Position numbers and translations under genes: made by a program
Notes under the pieces: generated by a model
What the model was told of the DNA's origin: nothing
The model's database searches: none
What the model saw: the letters and a program-made list of their open reading frames with translations, nothing else
In this document: piece after piece, positions 25,959-64,000 of the stretch
Layout of the letters: each line of letters opens with the position of its first letter
Position numbering within the stretch: position 1 is the first letter of the stretch
Origin: Leucoraja ocellata
Lineage: Eukaryota
Reading direction: 5' to 3'
Length of the DNA: 64,000 nucleotides
NCBI GenBank assembly: GCA_036785375.1
Contig: JAWMAR010000061.1
Coordinates: 9,300,001 to 9,364,000, forward strand

Positions 25959-26239
25959 AGCCAGTGCAGGTCTGCAAACTCCTGCCCTCGCCCTCCACCA
26001 GCTCCAACTTGCAATCAATCATCTGAACAACATTTGACAATCCTCTAGAGCTGACACGGAGACAAGTACTGAGTCGTACAGTGAGGCCTGGCTAGACGAG
26101 GTCACGTGAGGAGATCAGAGACATCCTCACGGCTGCAAGGTGACAGATTGGTGCAGAATGTCACGGTTACCAAGTCAGTCCTGTGGCACAGTGTGGTCAT
26201 GGAGGCACATGTAGTACGCACTGAAGTTTTTAAACACTA

Positions 26240-26245
26240 AATAAA
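26240..26245 (+). terminator. FAN1 polyadenylation signal
   Basis: AATAAA about 280 nt after the corrected stop codon, with T-rich downstream sequence. Confidence 0.55.
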
Positions 26246-26719
26246 AATGAACACCAAAGGCTTTAAACAGCTGACATCTTTAATTCCTTTGCTTTGTCAC
26301 ATTGCTCTTACACCAACTCTGCAGCACAGCTCCACCCTCCCATGCAGGCTCTGACCACCTGCTGCCCCTTGATGTTAGTTCCTGCTCCTGGCAAAACTGG
26401 ACAATGACTTGTTCTGATCAACCCTGAATCCATCTCTTTTAGAAAGGTCCAAATCGATCAAACTGCAAGTGCTGATTTTGTAGCGTTCAAATAGGCTGAG
26501 GAGGTGGAGGGGCGGCAGTCAGAGTGAGGTTCCCTTCGCTAATGAGTATACAATGGGGGAGATGGCAGCAACTGCCCAGAGGGGAAGAGATTCTGTCATG
26601 AATGGGTGGGTGGGTCAGACAAGAGAGACTCCAGGTTAGGACACTGCCTCTCTGGTGTCTGAACAGGTGGGTGAATTGCTCTAGATCATAATAAATTAAA
26701 GTTTATAAAGGGAATTACT

Positions 26720-26884
26720 TTGTAAAATCGAACAAAACTTGCTACTGCACGGCCCAGGCAAATGGTGAGTAAGGCGCTCCTAAATTTGTTGCGCTATCGT
26801 GTACCGTTTTGGCTCTATTTCAGGAACATACATACATACATATATACACATGACAAGATGACACCTTCCGTTATATATATAGAT
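26720..26884 (+). mobile_element. Possible non-autonomous Helitron/Helentron-like end fragment
   Basis: CpG-rich core, then an (ACAT)n microsatellite and a TATATATATAGAT terminus. This architecture resembles DINE/HINE-like elements; the classification is uncertain. Confidence 0.3.
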
Positions 26885-29800
26885 AATGCCTTTGAGAAAC
26901 CAAACTATTAAACCACTAACATCAATACAATAATAAAATCTTACCTTTTTGCTCCTCTCTCTTGGCAAGTAATCTCCAAACAAATGAGTGTATATTGGTG
27001 GGAAATTCCAGTGCAATAGACATCAACTGTTGACTCCACTGGAAATCCCATGACAGACTGGAATGGCAGTTGTGCCCAGATCTGGCAGGTCGACACACTG
27101 ACTTACCTGAACATGTTGGAAGGAACTACAGATGCTGGTTTAAACCGTAAAGACAAAAAGCTGGAGTAACTCAGCGGGTCAGACAGACTTGAACACCAAC
27201 TGCCCCACAGCCAGGCAGACAGCCCTTCAGCCAGGTAGCTGAGGGTCCTGTTGCAGCTTTATCTGTCCCCAAGTTCACAATCACCTTCCTCACCTGGGAT
27301 AGACGCAACGGAGTAATTAAACACAAAACCATCAGCCTCCCACAAGTCTGTGACGTATGTTATTCTATAAAAGGCTCAATAAGTAAATGGACTCCAGTAA
27401 GAAACACTTGCCAATATATTTATTGCTTAAGGCACTCTGGATCAATTGATAAACGCAATGGAACCTAGATACATACAAGGCAACACAGGCAAGGTGAACC
27501 CACCTCTCCCTCATCCACTCTCAGAATCACCTTCAAAACATGACATTAAATAAAAGCAGGTGTTGAATAAATAGCCAAACACAGAAATAATCATACTAAC
27601 AAAAGGCACAAAGTGACAAAATCCACCAGGAATATTTCATGTACTGGTTCATTGGAGGAAACCTGAAGATAAAATAGATCTAAACGGTAGAAGGGTTTAA
27701 ATTGATCAGTCATACAGCTGTCTAGACATTGTCCAGCCCAGGGTCAGACACTCTAGACCAGGGTCAGTCACTGTCCAGACAAGGGCTCATTGCATTTCAG
27801 CTTCTGCCAGCAGTCCCAGTATTTATGAATATTTCCCTTGTATCTACACAACTCGATTTCAGATTTGAAAAGTTGCAATGATGGATCAAAGAAAGTGGGT
27901 TTCACCACAAACTGACCGTGAGCCATTGCAATTACTTTATAAACATTCCCATTCAAAGGTTCACACTGGTCTTGTTTGTGCTGTGGTGTTGGAGCCAATC
28001 CTCTTGGTCAGGCTGATCTTTCCAGGGTAAAAGTTTGGAGATTTTAAGCTTAGGCAGGCGCTACAGAGCGGGGAACAATCACTTCATGTACCTTAAATAA
28101 CAAATGCTTACGTACAACATAAATAATGAGTCAACCGCCTGCAAGTAAATCCTTGGTAGAGAACACGACACAAGATTGGCATAAACTGCAGACAGACAGA
28201 CACAACGCTCAGTGTGAGCTAACGATAGTGTGGTGGAAAATCTCAAACTATATCCATAACTAAGAAAACCAGTCTCCTTCAGAGACTGACCAGAGTTCTG
28301 CACCAGTTCTGGTGACTTTGCTGCTGTTACAGATACAGACAGCCCCAGTTCAGCACCTTCTCTCCAGCTGCCAATTGACCCAAACCAGTACTTGTTTCAG
28401 TTTTCTGAACCTACTTAAATGGTACTGGAGAGAGGGAAGTTGTGATTATAATGAGAGAATCTTGCAGTGGAATCCCAGAGCAAACACAACAGACATGAAT
28501 GTACTAGACCGCACAGCCACGGTGGGAGCACGCAAGCACCAGGGCATGAACACTTAGCCCAACATTGTCCTTGCTTATTCAAGAGTTAAAGGCAGTAAAA
28601 TGGTCCCGATTAGTAAAGATAAAGTGCAAACTCAGGTAGGAGCTGATCAGTGGCATTTTTGAGTAAAGCCTGGTTAATGGTGAGTAATTGGTGCCAGAGG
28701 CCATGTCAACTCCTCCTCCCCCCCCCCCCCCCCCCCCGACCGGCTTTGCAAATTCTGCATTTAATTTAATAAGCAGATTTCCCTATTAGTTGCTTTCCTT
28801 TCTCTAATGTCTAAGCAGCTTTTCACATCCAGCGTTTCTGCATTGATGGCACAACGCATGTATGTAAATGCATTTTGTGCGTTTTCAACAAGGTGGTAGA
28901 CTGGGTGTGAATATGTGGAGTTTAAGATTCATGGTGCACTGGAGACATGCTGATTATCACATCCTTCCTCAGTCTCTCATCCCAACTCCACAACATTCCC
29001 ACTCACGTCTAGGTCCCATGGTACTGAATTCACTCAGGATAATGAGTGCAGACCAGGTTGCCCTGTCTGCAACACACAGGCAACGCAGAGGAAACTCTGG
29101 TGTAAATGACCTGAAACTGGACAGACTATTCCCAGCCAGGAGCCGGCCGAAGCCGGCAGCCTTAACTTAAAAAGTGGACGCCTTTAGAAAAACTAGTTTA
29201 AGCAGACAGTGCAAGTTCAGACCTTTGACCAGCTCCAGAGTTGAGACAGGAAAGTGAGTGGTCAGAGTTACATTGCCACACAGAAAAACACCTCATAATG
29301 TTGCGATGAGTGTGTTTAAAATGGAGTCATCGCACGTCACACTTTAGAATTACAAGAGTAGGCACTTAAAGTTGCTCAAGTAAAATTTCAAATTATTTCC
29401 TTGGTGCGAGTGAAGGCAGCCCCTTCAGGGCCTGTACCCCAGGTAGACTCACACCTTCAGGGACTTTACGCCAGGTAGAGTCACACCTTCAGGGACTTTA
29501 CTGTCAGTGCGTATGACAGTGGTAACAATAGACCATGTGCTTCGGTTCTGATACGAGGTGGTCACTGATGTGCATTTCAGGTCTCATTAACTAATAATAA
29601 TCTGCCAGAAGCACTGTGCTGTATAATGAGCTGCTGGAGGCACGTCTGGCTTCAGTAGTACTGAGGTGTACATTCCTCTACTGTGTATCACCCTAGTCTC
29701 TAGGCATTCAGGGCCACTAGAGACAACAGTCACATTCAACCTGATCTTTCAATCTATAAAAATACTTTGTACAGGAATAGCTTCTTTTTAAATTATTTGA

Positions 29801-30775
29801 ATGTATGTACTCTATGACAGGCTTGGCAATGAAGGAGGGGGTTTTAGTGCTGCAGAACACCTTGCATTTAGGCACGCAATGAGATTATAAGCAGTGCAAG
29901 GCTTCTGCTGTTGAGGAACTTCCTGCTGCCATACAACAGGCAAACCTCTGACCCATAACACTGGGGCCCAGAGGTCAGACCCACTCCATCACCCACGCCT
30001 CTTACAGGGAGGTCAGACTTAAAGGAGGCAATCCTGGCAGCTCTTGGCGGCAATTGTGCTTCAAGGAAAGACAGGCTNNNNNNNNNNNNNNNNNNNNNNN
30101 NNNNNNNNNNNNNNNNNNNNNNNNNNNNNNNNNNNNNNNNNNNNNNNNNNNNNNNNNNNNNNNNNNNNNNNNNNNNNNNNNNNNNNNNNNNNNNNNNNNN
30201 NNNNNNNNNNNNNNNNNNNNNNNNNNNNNNNNNNNNNNNNNNNNNNNNNNNNNNNNNNNNNNNNNNNNNNNNNNNNNGGACACAACCTCCATAGATGTAC
30301 ATCCCACCCAACACCATGGATGCAGGGCTCACTATCTTCAAAGTGCTGCATAATTCCTCATGTCGGCTAGGGACAACACCTTCCAACAATCAACCTTCAT
30401 CACCCAGCCGCAAGAGAATCCCCTTAGCTGCAGGCTGCCAAACAAAAGTACATTGGCATTCCTCTATCATCCCTAGTCCGACAGAGCTGTGGGAACATCT
30501 ACACCAGTAGGACTATGCTGGTTCAGGAAGAGTCTCATCATCACCTTCTCAATGCTGTCAGGATGGGCAACAAAGGTTGCCTTTCCAGAAGCGCACATCC
30601 CATGGGAGAATGTTCACTGTCCAAGCTCACTCTTGAATGGTCACTCCCAGGAAGTTGCTAGCATGTCCTTGCTAGGTGTGGGGCAGAAAGAGGAGTGAGG
30701 TTGTGAAGGAGGAACCTTTGGCGAGGGTGGTGAACTACAATTGGGATCTGGGGGGGTTGAGGCTGGGGGGTCTGA

Positions 30776-63484
<32,709 letters not shown>

Positions 63485-64000
63485 CTGAAAATGAACAATA
63501 AGGGTTACTGCAGGCCTTAAGGCGATCGGTGAAGGTGGGTGGAGGGGAAAGGGGATAGAGTGGGGAAGGTTGGAGGGAGGAGGAGGATTGAATGGGGGAG
63601 TAAAGGGGAAGTGGGAAGGAGAGAGGGTTGATTGAGGAGTGGTGGTGGATGTGGAGGGAGACAGAGAAAGAGGACAGGTTTGGAAAGTATGGCAGAGTGG
63701 AGGAATTCAGGACAAATCCTTGGGTTGAAAAATAACCAATTGAAGGTGCCATTTTAACAATTTAAAGCAACAAATCCAAGTTCCAAATCGCAAGACAATG
63801 ATTCCCAGGGACAGAACATTGGTGTCGATTCTTCAGCCTCCAACTACCAGGAACCCAGCTGCCAGTTCCTGTAACTGTTTGGTTTCCAGTGAGGTGCAAG
63901 GATGTGTGAGGGTCTGCAGGCCAGGAAACTAATTGTATATAAATGTCATGTTGCCCATTGCTCACCTGTGCTGACTCCTGCAGTGAATATCCAGGCACTC

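Noticed and set aside
29868-30389. ORFs spanning N gaps (also 4698-5852 and 47106-47935)
   Set aside because: Their length comes from N runs translated as X.

Overview
Eukaryotic (vertebrate) genomic DNA. The repeat landscape (V-SINE/HE1-like SINEs, CR1 LINEs, Penelope-like termini) points to a cartilaginous fish, probably a skate or ray; this is inference. Three intron-containing genes were reconstructed by hand from GT-AG sites and reading phase: MPHOSPH10 (+, 11 coding exons, 5083-12955, about 640 aa), FAN1 (+, 13 coding exons, 14938-25958, about 706 aa) and the 3' 23 exons of TRPM1 (-, 63484-30776; 5' end outside the window). An intronic miR-204/211-family hairpin lies at about 61799-61885. 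Notable points: FAN1 appears to lack the N-terminal UBZ/MLH1-binding region and has a 1-nt frameshift in its last exon; no MTMR10 exons are visible between FAN1 and TRPM1; TRPM1 keeps the 21-nt LYAMEIN pore microexon plus tandem alternative donors; many minisatellites abut splice sites or promoters (branch-point, GC-box and DR1 arrays). Also present are several MITEs, a solo LTR and degenerate Penelope-type hammerhead ribozyme cores. There are three N gaps (5308-5699, 30078-30277, 47672-47817). Most long ORFs in the supplied track are artefacts of tandem repeats.
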